From positions 56,730,001-56,794,000 of the forward strand of contig NC_042999.1 in assembly GCF_006345805.1 (NCBI RefSeq): a stretch of DNA of 64,000 nt. Reading direction: 5' to 3'. A program made the position numbers and the translations under genes. Below are positions 11,552-22,480 of the stretch, in pieces. Source of the DNA: Octopus sinensis (taxonomy: Eukaryota). The notes under the pieces are model-generated. The model had not been told where the DNA came from and searched no databases. It saw only the letters and a program-made list of their open reading frames with translations. Numbering within the stretch: position 1 is the stretch's first letter; each line of letters opens with the position of its first letter.

Positions 11552-13171
11552 TCTATATATATAAAACTCTAGTTGTGTGAGTGTCTGTCCCCTTCGATTT
11601 AGATTCCTAACTCCTCCCACATTTTGCGGTGCAGTTTAACCAAATTCGGGTATCTTATAGTCGTGATTCATATCGAGCCCGTCTGGCTTTTAGCGCGCGT
11701 CAACGATGAGTCTACGATTTTAAAAATAATTTAACATCATTTTTTTATTCCATTTTAATGCATAATTTTTCGTGTGTCAATGGCGGCGGAGTTGGCGTCT
11801 ACGCTCACAGCTGCACCTGTTTGCTTCTCCCCCTTCCCTCCCTCGTGAAGCTGTGGGGAAGGGAGTGTAAAGAAATCAACGTCGTAATGCGTTGTCAAGG
11901 AGACCAGCGTTCTTTTAGAACAACGACTTCATGGCTTGAAGACACCAAAACAGAAATGGCTAAGAAAGCCCGAATTGGCATCTATAAGGGAAGTAACTCT
12001 CTAAAAATGCTTATATAGTTATTTCCCTTACAAACCCGAGCAACGCCGGGCGATACTGCTAGACTATATATATAAAACTGTAGTTGTGTAAGTATCTGTC
12101 CCCTTCGATTTAGATTCCTAACTCCTCCCACATTTTGCGGTGCAGTTTAACCAAATTCGGGTATCTTATAGTCGTGATTAATATCGAGCCCGTCTGGCTA
12201 TTAGCGCGCGTCTACGATGAGTCTACGATTTTAAAAATAATTTAACATCATTTTTTATTCCATTTTAATGCATAATTTTTCGTGTGTCAATGGCGGCGGA
12301 GTTGGCGTCTACGCTCACAGCTGCACCTGTTTGCTTCTCCCCCTTCCCTCCCTCGTGAAGCTGTGGGGAAGGGAGTGTAAAGAAATCAACGTCGTAATGC
12401 GTTGTCAAGGAGACCAGCGTTCTTTTAGAACAACGACTTCATGGCTTGAAGACACCAAAACAGAAATGGCTAAGAAAGCCCGAATTGGCATCTATAAGGG
12501 AAGTAACTCTCTAAAAATGCTTATATAGTTATTTCCCTTACAAACCCGAGCAACGCCGGGCGATACTGCTAGACTATATATATAAAACTGTAGTTGTGTA
12601 AGTATCTGTCCCCTTCGATTTAGATTCCTAACTCCTCCCACATTTTGCGGTGCAGTTTAACCAAATTCGGGTATCTTATAGTCGTGATTAATATCGAGCC
12701 CGTCTGGCTATTAGCGCGCGTCTACGATGAGTCTACGATTTTAAAAATAATTTAACATCATTTTTTATTCCATTTTAATGCATAATTTTTCGTGTGTCGA
12801 TGGCGGCGGAGTTGGCGTCGATGGCGGCGGAGTTGGCGTCGATGGCGGCGGAGTTGGCGTCGATGGCGGCGGAGTTGGCGTCGATGGCGGCGGAGTTGGC
12901 GTCCACGCTCACACCTGCACCTGTGTTTGCTTCTCCCCCTTCTTCCCTCCCTCGTGAAGCTGTGGGGAAGGGAGTTTAAGGAAATCAACGTCGTAATGCG
13001 TTGTCAAGGAGACCAACGTTCTTTTAGAACAACGACTTCATGGCTTGAAGACACCAAAACAGAAATGGCTAAGAAAGCCCGAATTGGCATCTATAAGGGA
13101 AGTAACTCTCTAAAAATGCTTATATAGTTATTTCCCTTACAAACCCGAGCAACGCCGGGCGATACTGCTAG
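11552..13171 (+). mobile_element. Three head-to-tail non-autonomous Helitron units (11552-12062, 12063-12572, 12573-13171)
   Basis: 5' TCTATATATATAAAA, 3' hairpin cccgagcaacgccggg plus CTAG in every unit; array sits between A (11551) and T (13172); no TSD. Confidence 0.9.
12799..12903 (+). repeat. 21-bp minisatellite x5 (GATGGCGGCGGAGTTGGCGTC) inside third Helitron unit
   Basis: Five exact copies; single copy at the same position in units 1 and 2. Confidence 0.95.
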
Positions 13172-13957
13172 TTTAATTATAAAAATACTATAAGAGGAAC
13201 TACTTTTTGGCGTCAGAGACAAACTCACATGCACGTGTGATGAAATACACACGCGCGCGCGCGCGCACACACACATAGAAAGAGTAAGTAAAAAGGAGAT
13301 TACAATGTGTAGCAGGGATTCGAAACCGAATCTCTGGATATCCAGTCAGACATTACGACCGAACCACGATAGTTTCACGTATTCAGTCTATTAAACGACC
13401 AATCAGCGTCAAGCCATCGCGTGATTCAATCTTGGAGGAGGACTAACCAGTTGATTTAGCTTTAGCTCAGGACATGTAAGGAAGTGATGAAGATGTTGAC
13501 GTGATGCGAAACCGTATCACTGCCAGAAGTCCGAGAATTCTGGCCGGTAAGGTATGAAGCAATAACAGACAGTCCGATTTATTTTGGTTTTGGGCTTTCG
13601 CTAAAGCACATGCAGAAATTAATAAAACTCAGCGGTGATTCAAAATCTAACCTCTAGATACTCGGCCAGGCACTACGAGTGAACCACCATAGTTTCCTGT
13701 AATAAATCTATTAATCAACCAATCAGCGCGAGATTGTAGCGTGATATGATTTTCTCGAACGATTTTGGTGCCTGATCCCCTATGAAAAACCGTTTAGTTC
13801 CTAGCTTAGAAGGCAGGCAGCCAACAGACCTCAGTCGCGACAGAGATTTGCACAGTCGACTTTGTATATTTTTTTTACCAACCATATGTTGTCACACAGG
13901 TAGCTTTCTATAATTTCAGAGCAGTTTTTTCCTGTATGCTAGTATGTATTAGCCCGG

Positions 13958-14390
13958 GCAAACATCCCCTCCACCTTGGAACCATCTGGACTGTCCAGAT
14001 GTGATAGAAAGAGACCTGACGGCCTCACTATGTGCCCCTGGTCACGAGACAGATGCCTTGTCTGGAATGTCCCAGTTAGCGACTCCTTTGCTTCTTCTCA
14101 CATCCTGGGTGCTGCGGTCAGGGCGTGATCCACAGCTTCTGCGGCCGAGCGGAACAAAATCCTGAAATACCGTGATCTTTCGACCAACTACATTTTCCAT
14201 TATGTGACATTCGAGACGTTTGGTGGGGTCGAACCACTGACTGCGAGATTCCTGTCTTCACTGGCACTCGCCTTGCAGAGGCAACTGGTGAGGCTCGTGA
14301 GGGCGCTTGGCTGTTCCAGCGTATCAGCCTCGCCATCACCCACGGCAACACTACAAGCGTGCTGGCGTGTCTCAACAGCCATTCCAGACG
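13958..14390 (+). pseudogene. Restriction-like endonuclease domain of a CRE-like non-LTR retrotransposon
   Basis: RKRPDGLTMCPWSRDRCLVWNV...AAERNKILKYRDL...FETFGG; after a frameshift GAWLFQRISLAITHGN; one stop and one frameshift. Confidence 0.75.
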
Positions 14391-14951
14391 TTTTCCAGCG
14401 CCCCCAACTTTTCAACCTAAGGTGGTGAATTGTTTTAGCTTTTATTTCTTTTTTTCTCTTTTATCTATCTCTCTCATTTTTCTTTTTAATTTTTTCAATT
14501 GTGTTCTCTGTTTTGTCCAATTTTCTGCCTGCCTGTCTGTCTGTCTGTCCATCCGTCCGTCCGTCCGTGTGTGTGTGTGTGTATGTAAAGAATAACGAGA
14601 AAATGGAGAGGCTTTAATAAAATTATTTATTAATTCTAAAATATAATTAGTAAATAATTTTATTAATTACCTCTCCATTCTCTCCTTATTTTTTAAATAT
14701 ATATGGTTACCTTATAGTTGAACTTTCTATGGATTGGTAACTAACCAGTATTTATGATCCCTTAATGAAGTTTATTACCTTTACTTCATTATATATATAT
14801 ATGCACACACGCCATAATAGTACTCTTTATAGCGAGAAACCCAGGGAAACCCTATAAACAGGCCTTCACCAGTAATAAATATAGACTGCTGTACTTCTTA
14901 CAGTGTAGTTCTCCGTTTTCATGTTTTTCTAAAAAAAATTATAAATATATA

Positions 14952-15202
14952 CTGTTGTGTCTGGGGAGAGTCTTATAATTTAACACTCACCGGTAAAATT
15001 CCCACTTATTTCTTTTTTATTTTTCTAAAATTTCCGTTGTATCTTGCAACCTTTTCAATAGCTTAGAGTCAAAACTATTAGAAAGATGCAAGACGCAGCG
15101 AAAATTTTAGAAAAATAATAAAAAAAATAAGTGGAAATTTTACCGGTGAGGGTGTTAAATTATAAGGCACTAAAAGAGAATGACTCACCCCAGACACAAC
15201 AG
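14952..15202. mobile_element. Foldback MITE (~250-bp imperfect palindrome)
   Basis: ctgttgtgtctgggg / ccccagacacaacag ends; inner inverted ttataattttaacactcaccggtaaaatt / aattttaccggtgagggtgttaaattataa. Confidence 0.8.
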
Positions 15203-15340
15203 AATATGCTTCAACACACGAACTCACATAAAGAATCTTGCAAACCAAATCCAAAAACGATATATATATACTTTATCATTAAAGCTGCAAAAACGTCACA
15301 GCTCTATTAATAAAAATTCATATTTGGTTGTATATATATA

Positions 15341-17450
15341 CTAGCTGAAGGTGACCCGCTCTACGCGCGGGTAAGAGTGTGGTTGTTACTTTCTGTTGCT
15401 TCCTTTCAGCACGTAAAAAGCACCATCCGAACGTGGCGGATTGCAGCGCGGCCTTGACTGGCTTCTGTGCTGGTGGCACGTAAAAAGCACCAGCCGATCG
15501 TGGCCACTGCCAGCCCCCTGTGCAGGCAGCACGAAAAAAGCACCCACTACGCTCACAGAGTGGTTGGCGTTAGGAAGGGCATCCACCTGTCGAAACACTT
15601 ACAGATCAGACTGGAGCCTGGTGCAGCCTCCTAGCTTCCCAGACCCCTGTCAAACTGTCCAACCCGTGCTAGCACGGAAAACGGACGTTAAACGATGATG
15701 ATGATGATGATGATTCTCCCTCTTTGTTTCTTTCTCCTTTCTCTCTCACTTTCCCACTCTCTTACTCTTCCTTTCTCTCGGACTCTTCCTCGCTTTCTCT
15801 TACTCTCTATCTTTATGTATCTCTCTCCCATTTATAAACAACAAAAGATCTTGAGTAAGTTGAGAAATAAAATATTTAGAAAGATCAATCATAAATATCA
15901 GGCAGTTACAAAGGAAAGGTCTGCTTCAAGACAGACAGCAAAACACTAACATTTAAAAGGGACAGACGAACTTGCGAGCTGAATAAAAATAATAAAATAT
16001 TGGAAACCAAAGTTTGAAGGGATAGAATTTGAGGATAGTAGAGTCACCATGGTTGGCATTTCTTAACGACGGACAGCAACGTATTGACAGTTCAACGGCT
16101 GGCGTAAAATTTTGAACTTGATGTAAAAGAAAATCCCTAAAAACCAAGTTTTGACTTGATTCTTTCTCACGACAGTAGACTCACGATGGCAAGCATTCAA
16201 AACTTCTTCATCATGGACGGCAACACATTGACGATTAAAAGGCTGGCGCAAATTTTTTAGCTTGATGTAACAGAGAATTGCTAAACACCCGCTCCTTTAA
16301 ATTTTAATCCCCTTCCAGCCCCATTTAGACCCCTTTTCACCTTTTGGTTAATATAACCCGATTTCATTTGGGTCTACTGGGGCCACATTTTATAAGGTGA
16401 GGACTCAACCAAGTTTCCCAAGTTCTGGTAATAGACCATAGAACACTCAACCAAGTTTCCCGATTTCTGGTCATAGACCATAGAACAGTCAAGCAAGTTT
16501 CCCGAGTTCTGGTCATAGACCATAGAACACTCAACCAAGTTTCCCGAGTTCTGGTCATAGACCATAGAACACTAAACCAAGTTTCTCGAGTTCTAGTCAT
16601 TTGCAGAATAAATAGAGACGGCGGAGGTGGCAGACGTCGTTGCAATGTAAACATGATTTGTTATAAGAGAAAGATTGTCCAGATTGTGTGTTGGTGGTGT
16701 TGGTGGTGGCGATGATAATTATCATTAGGAAAAAGAGTGAGTGAGTGAGGAAGACATACATAAGTTGTGGCGATGATAATTGTAGACCCCTTTTCACATT
16801 TTGATGAAGAGAACCCGATTTCATTCGGGTGTACTGGGACCACATATAGGTGTGTGTGTGTGTGTGTGTTGTGTGTGTGTGTGTGTGGTGTGTGTGTGTG
16901 TGTGTGTGTGCACGCTGTAGAAATTAAATTAGAGATCAAACCACTAATAGGGAAATGAAACAGTAAAAAACCAAAACCAAAAACATAAAAATAGAAATAT
17001 AATATTAGATATATGTATATATGTGTGTGTGTGTGTGTGTATTGACAGGTAGACAATAGAATGCGATGGCGATGTAATATTTGTTACTGTCCATGAACGC
17101 TGATAGATACATGAGTAAAATGTATAGGAAGGTAAGAGATAAGAGTGAGTGAAAATGTTCTTGGAAGAGAGTAAATAGCGACAGAGTGATTTGAGGAAGA
17201 CTTTACATAAAATAACGGTAGTTGCATTGTCAAATGAAGAGGAGTGACAGAGTACTGGAGGAAATAGGGTGAGGTAGGAAGATGGCCCCTAGCAACCACA
17301 CCTTTTAAGATAGGGATTTCTAAGGTAGCCCACGCGCATCGTCACCTCATTCTACATGTCCCTGTAAATTTTGGAGCGAATCGGACGGGATGTAGTGGCA
17401 TTGAAAGCGAACCAAGCGATAAAAACGCATTTCAGTTTTATATATAGAGA
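15341..17450 (-). mobile_element. Non-autonomous Helitron (second family) carrying an RTE 3'-UTR fragment
   Basis: Minus 5' TCTCTATATATAAAACTG at 17450; 3' hairpin acccgcgcgtagagcgggt plus CTAG at 15341, followed by T. Confidence 0.85.
16401..16600. repeat. 42-bp minisatellite, ~4.8 copies
   Basis: gaacactcaaccaagtttcccgagttctggtcatagaccata; yields 14-aa repeat ORFs. Confidence 0.9.
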
Positions 17451-17513
17451 CTAGCTGAAGGTGACCCGCTCTACGCGCGGGTAAGAGTGTGGTATATATA
17501 TATAAATGTATAC

Positions 17514-17580
<67 letters not shown>

Positions 17581-18458
17581 TACAGATATATGCACTTTGT
17601 ATATATAAAGATTATTATATATACATATTTATATATAGATACACAAACACATATATAAATTAACCCAATAAATATCTGATTCATAATATTTGTTGTCATG
17701 ATTGAGTGGTGGTTGTGGCGATGATAATTCTCTCTATGAATGCAGACAGACATGGAGAGTGAGAGTGTGTGAAAGCGGTGTGGAAGGCAGGGAGGGGGAT
17801 AACGGACGCTGTGAAACGATGTTATAAAGAGAAAGTGAATGTAAGGGAGGTAGACGCTGTGAAACGACGTTATAGATAGAAAGTGAAAGGAAGGGAGAAA
17901 AGTGAGTGAGTGATGGAGGAAGACAGATACATAAAAGAATGAGAGTGTTGGATGTTTTGTTTGTTGGACCAATGTATTAAGGTAGTATTGTTTTATTGTT
18001 TTAAAACGAAAGAGGCAATGTGTTTGTTTCAAAAATTAAAAAATCTGTTATAGTGAATGAAATTAGAATTCACACCCGCTCAGTTTTGTAGAAAGAGTAT
18101 CACGATGTGAACTCATAAGTTGGGAGTTTGACTGAGAGAGTTTATATGGTGACACATGCCAGTCCTTTCGACACCACCTAAACAATGGAATAGTGTATAA
18201 AATGTAATTAACAACTCATTCACTTTATGAATGTCTTATGTTAGCGAAGAAACAATAACTTGACAAAACCGTTTAATGGAGACGTAGAAGGAATCGGAAA
18301 ATGAGGAATAAAGAGAATGAGTTGGATCAAATGTTTGCAAACATCTGAACCCAATGTTCTTTATGAACCATGTTCTTTTTAATGTCTTTATTTTCAAGAA
18401 TGAAGAGATAATGAAGAGGTGCAAAATAAAAAATCAAGCAAAATTTCATGACTTACAA

Positions 18459-19323
18459 TCAGTTTTCTTTTGTCAGAGCCTCCTGATAAACCACGTTCCT
18501 TGTGCGCTCATGATTGCCAAGAATGAAGAGTTTATGTGGATTTCCAACTCGAGAACAGGCTACGTACAATTGACCATGACTGAAAACCGGTTGTGACAGG
18601 TTAATGCCTACAATGTCCAGTGATTGTCCCTGTGACTTGTTGATTGTCATCGCGAAGCATAGTTTTATTGGAAATTGAAAGCGTTTAAACTGAATGGGAA
18701 CATCAGAGGGTGAAATACTCATTTTATGTATCATTTTGATTGTTCCTACAAATGGTCCACTCAAAATTTCAGCAGTTATAACATGGCTTTGAATCCTCCT
18801 AATAACCATTCGGGTTCCATTGCATATTTCAGGCGTTTCCAGATTTCTGAGCACCATGATTGGAGCACCAACTTTCAAACACAAATGATGAGGTGGAAGT
18901 CCCGGAGGTGTTAGCTTGTTGAGTAGCTCGGGTGGATATTTGACTGCATCATTCTCATATTTATTTGTATCGATGGACATGAAAGAAACTATCTCACCAG
19001 GATTCATATCAGTACTTGTTTATTTGTAGCATGAGCTGTTGTATTATGAGGCGATAGAATAGCTCTTGCTCTTAGCCAATCGAGATCCTGGAAGTTGGTT
19101 TCGACGTCAGGTAAAACGGCTCTTATAAGTTCTTCTACATTTGGAACGAAATTCCCAAAAGGCAACCGAATATGCTCATCATCAACGAAAGGCAAAACTC
19201 CATCACCAAGATCTAATAGGTGTTTTGCGAAAGCCTCAGACTCCACATCACCATGTAGGTGGACTGTCATGTTTGTTTGAAGATGGCGACTGAAAACACT
19301 GTGCCACACAAAAGAATGCTTTA
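18459..19323 (-). pseudogene. Helitron PIF1 helicase, C-terminal part (frameshifted)
   Basis: FAKHLLDLGDG, AILSP.N, GLPPHHLCLKVGAPIMVLRNL, CNGTR, RFQFPIKLCFAMTINKSQGQSL, VFSHGQLYVACSRV. Confidence 0.95.
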
Positions 19324-19329
19324 TACATG

Positions 19330-19828
19330 TGTAGCAATATCGTCTCTCAGTGCTATCTTCACTGTTTGAGAAGAGTATATAGAATGACCTCGGTCGAGAT
19401 TACAAACAGCTTTGGCTGGTTCAACATTGATGTAAACACTAATTCGATTGGCTGACACGTTGGTCTCTACTACGCTCGCACCGCTGGTTATAACTTGGCG
19501 CAAAATGGCTCGACTTATTTTCGCGCCATAGTCCAAGCAGCCAATCACAGCTTTCCATTTCTGAAGTTCACTGGGAGCCTGGTGAAGCTTATAAAACAAG
19601 GTTTTCTCAGAAAAATAAAGGTCTTAGGTTTTTAGTTCTTCTCAGAGCTAGACCTCTGACCACACAGCTCGTCTTAGGTTTCCAGTCCTTCTCAGGGCGA
19701 ACCTCTGACCACACAGAGCTCGTCTTAGGCTTTTAGTTCTTTTAAGAACTAAGTCTCTGACCACACAGAGAATACTCGACCAAGTTCCAGTTCGAGGCAG
19801 GCGACCACCATTAATACAAGATGTTACA
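19330..19828 (+). mobile_element. LTR-like sequence, 499 bp
   Basis: TGTAGCA...TGTTACA termini, CCAAT (19541), TATAAAA (19590), three ~50-bp internal repeats; no PBS or PPT visible next to it. Confidence 0.6.
19497..19596 (+). promoter_or_regulatory. Pol II promoter-like cluster: inverted E2F-like sites, CCAAT, TATA; repeated at 22590-22690
   Basis: ggcgcaaaat-N10-attttcgcgcc (TTTCGCGC is an E2F consensus match), ccaat, tataaaa. Confidence 0.4.
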
Positions 19829-20768
19829 GATACCTAACATACTGTTAGTGTGAAATAACACCATGAAGAAAAACCAGTATAAAAATAGTTACGTGATCCT
19901 ATTCTTAATAATATATTTTACTGACTATATTTTACATGCAGCGGCAATACACATAAGTTTGGAATGACAACAAGATTTCTTTTTAAGATATATACATTAT
20001 TTATTTTACATATTTTACAATCATGTTTGATGTTGGAAGTTTGTAAGTGTTCGCATGTTTTTGTGTCTGTGTGTTCGTTAGGCGTAAAAAGGTACTGACC
20101 AGTGAATTGTCGATGGGATTTGATTCACAGTTAATGTTGTTGGTATCGGCTTGGCAACAGGTAATAACAGATGGCTTAAGGTAGTTCTTAGAAGAAACTA
20201 GAACCCAAGAACAGATAATTGATTTACCGTTTATGAGGTACAGCGTCAGACTTCCATATCAAGATATTGCGTGTCGCAGTTGAGATTAATTGAACCACTC
20301 GTTGTGTTTATCTTTCTCTTGATATGAATATACTTCCAGACATGTTACTGTAGCCGTTTTTTCCCGTGGCGAGAATTTCACCTAACCGCTATAGTTGAAT
20401 CTGTAGTTGTCTCGTGTACAAATTAAATCTTCGATGTTTGTCGATTGGTTCTTGCTGCTTCTTCATTATTTTCTGCTTGGTTATTTTTCTCTAGTTATAG
20501 ATATCTTGTAACCGTTTTCTTCATGGTGATATTTCACACTAACAGTATGTTAGGTATCTGTAACATCTTGTATTAATGGTGGTCGCCTGCCTCGAACTGG
20601 AACTTGGTCGAGTATTCTCTGTGTGGTCAGAGACTTAGTTCTTAAAAGAACTAAAAGCCTAAGACGAGCTCTGTGTGGTCAGAGGTTCGCCCTGAGAAGG
20701 ACTGGAAACCTAAGACGAGCTGTGTGGTCAGAGGTCTAGCTCTGAGAAGAACTAAAAACCTAAGACCT

Positions 20769-22480
20769 ATTTCTTTATTACCCACAAGGGGCTACGAAGA
20801 GGGGGACATTACAAGACGGGACATGGGGAACATAAAATAAAATAAAGTATGAAGTAAAAAATGAATTAGATGTAATGAGATGGAACGGCTTACGAACCCC
20901 CAACTCGCAGTTTCGTTTAAAATACAATTATACATACAATTTTACAGTTACAATAATTTTACAATTCTACATGTCAACATTACATATATTCAAAATACAA
21001 CTTTAAATTTTACAATTCTAATTCTTTTACATTAGACGCTCGTCCGTCATATAATCCAACAGGTCCGTTTGCTCTATAACATCTGGCAATTTATCATACC
21101 GCACATAGTGCGTTATGTGCATAGCATTAAACATCTTTTTTAATTTTATATATGTCTCTTTGTCTATAATGACGCCTTTCACGTCGTCACCATACAGCTT
21201 TGGGTTCACCTTCACCCTGACCAACCCTTTCTTACCTACAAGTCTCTTCTCTACTTCTGTATTCTTGATATACATTACAACTGCCTTCAAGTTTTTTCCT
21301 GTAGGCCTTCTTCCATATCTGCATGATTCCAATTGCTCGTTCACTCTTGTCTCCCATTCTTGTTCAAACTCTGTCCTTGGCCGCTCTCTCGCCTTCTCTT
21401 TTACTTCCTGTTCTTTGTATGTTTTCTCCTCTCTCTCCTCTGCTATCTTGCTTTTAATTTTTTTCTTTTTTTGATCTTTCGGTGGTGATTCCACCCTTGA
21501 TCTCTTCCTGTCTTCTGTCTTTTCCTCTTCTGCACTCGCTCGTTCTTCCTCATTCAACTGCTCCTCCATTCGTACTTCCTCCGCTTTCGCCTCCTCCACA
21601 CACGCATCTCTACACTCCTCCATCACAACCTCTGGTGCTTTTGTTTTTTCTCGCGGGCACACATCCTTCATGTGGCCCCTCGATTTACAATTGTAGCAGA
21701 TTGGGGGTCTTCCCTCTACCACAACTCGGAGCCGTGTCTCGTCAGGGTAGACCAGCTCCTCCGGGATGTTGTACAGGTCTCGCACGGTAATGTGTGCGAG
21801 AACCTGCACCGTATATCCCCACCATTTCACCTCCGCTGACTTCTCCACCTTCAGTACCTCCACATCATCCTTGCAGTTAAACAGCACTGCTGCCAGCAAC
21901 CTTTCCATATTAAATTCGGGTGAGATTCTATTGATTCTCATCCTCACTGCTCTCCTTCCGCAGTAACTTGGTAGCAAAGTCCACTTATCCGATTTCAAAA
22001 GTCTTGTTGCGTTCTTTTTTGCCTCATTTTCTGTTTCAAAATATACCACCACCGTGGCATATTTCTTTCCTCTTTTGAAAAATGTGGGTTCACCCTCAAT
22101 TTCCTTCAGACATTCTTCTACTTCTTTCATTTCCGCTACTTCAATTTTTTTCGACTCCACACACCACGTCCTGTACGTTATAGTACGCTTCTCTGCACTG
22201 CTTTCCTCCTCCTCGGACGGTGTGACTCTTACGCAGTCACCCTCCCTCCTTAAACTGTCGAAATACTTCTGTAAAGTCCTCTGTTCGACCACCACCTCCT
22301 CCATTTCCAGCTCACCGGCAACCAGGCCTCTGCCTGCCGCTCGCGCGTAAGTCTGTTCTTGCATTTTCAGGAAAAAAATTATTCCACGTCCTCCAACGAA
22401 TTCGAACTCACCACCTCTTCACTTGAAATAAACACACCAGAATAAACACACCTGAATAACTCCAAATAACTCACTCAAAG
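20769..22480 (-). mobile_element. ORF1-only non-autonomous non-LTR retrotransposon (Tx1/L1-like, HAL1-type organisation)
   Basis: 18-bp TSD actaaaa(a/g)cctaagacct at 20751-20768 and 22481-22498; single ORF; 258-nt 3' region ending gtgggtaataaagaaat. Confidence 0.85.
21027..22364 (-). CDS. Intact 445-aa Tx1-like ORF1 (Gag-like RNA-binding protein with CCHC zinc knuckle)
   Basis: N-terminal TYARAA, probable RRM-like middle, EGRPPICYNCKSRGHMKDVCP (CX2CX4HX4C), acidic/basic tail; ATG to TAA uninterrupted. Confidence 0.85.
   Translation of the reverse strand: MQEQTYARAAGRGLVAGELEMEEVVVEQRTLQKYFDSLRREGDCVRVTPSEEEESSAEKRTITYRTWCVESKKIEVAEMKEVEECLKEIEGEPTFFKRGKKYATVVVYFETENEAKKNATRLLKSDKWTLLPSYCGRRAVRMRINRISPEFNMERLLAAVLFNCKDDVEVLKVEKSAEVKWWGYTVQVLAHITVRDLYNIPEELVYPDETRLRVVVEGRPPICYNCKSRGHMKDVCPREKTKAPEVVMEECRDACVEEAKAEEVRMEEQLNEEERASAEEEKTEDRKRSRVESPPKDQKKKKIKSKIAEEREEKTYKEQEVKEKARERPRTEFEQEWETRVNEQLESCRYGRRPTGKNLKAVVMYIKNTEVEKRLVGKKGLVRVKVNPKLYGDDVKGVIIDKETYIKLKKMFNAMHITHYVRYDKLPDVIEQTDLLDYMTDERLM

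Noticed and set aside
11758-13127. Three similar ~86-111 aa ORFs and MAAELAS repeat peptide
   Set aside because: They come from the tandem non-coding Helitron units and the 21-bp minisatellite.
13305-13370. tRNA-like sequence (also ~10880-10930, ~31835-31890)
   Set aside because: B-box-like motif but no complete cloverleaf; part of a dispersed repeat. No genuine tRNA or rRNA gene was found in the window.
19863-19967. 34-aa hydrophobic ORF (MKKNQYKNSYVILFLIIYF...)
   Set aside because: It spans a rearrangement junction and is short and AT-rich; no evidence of function.
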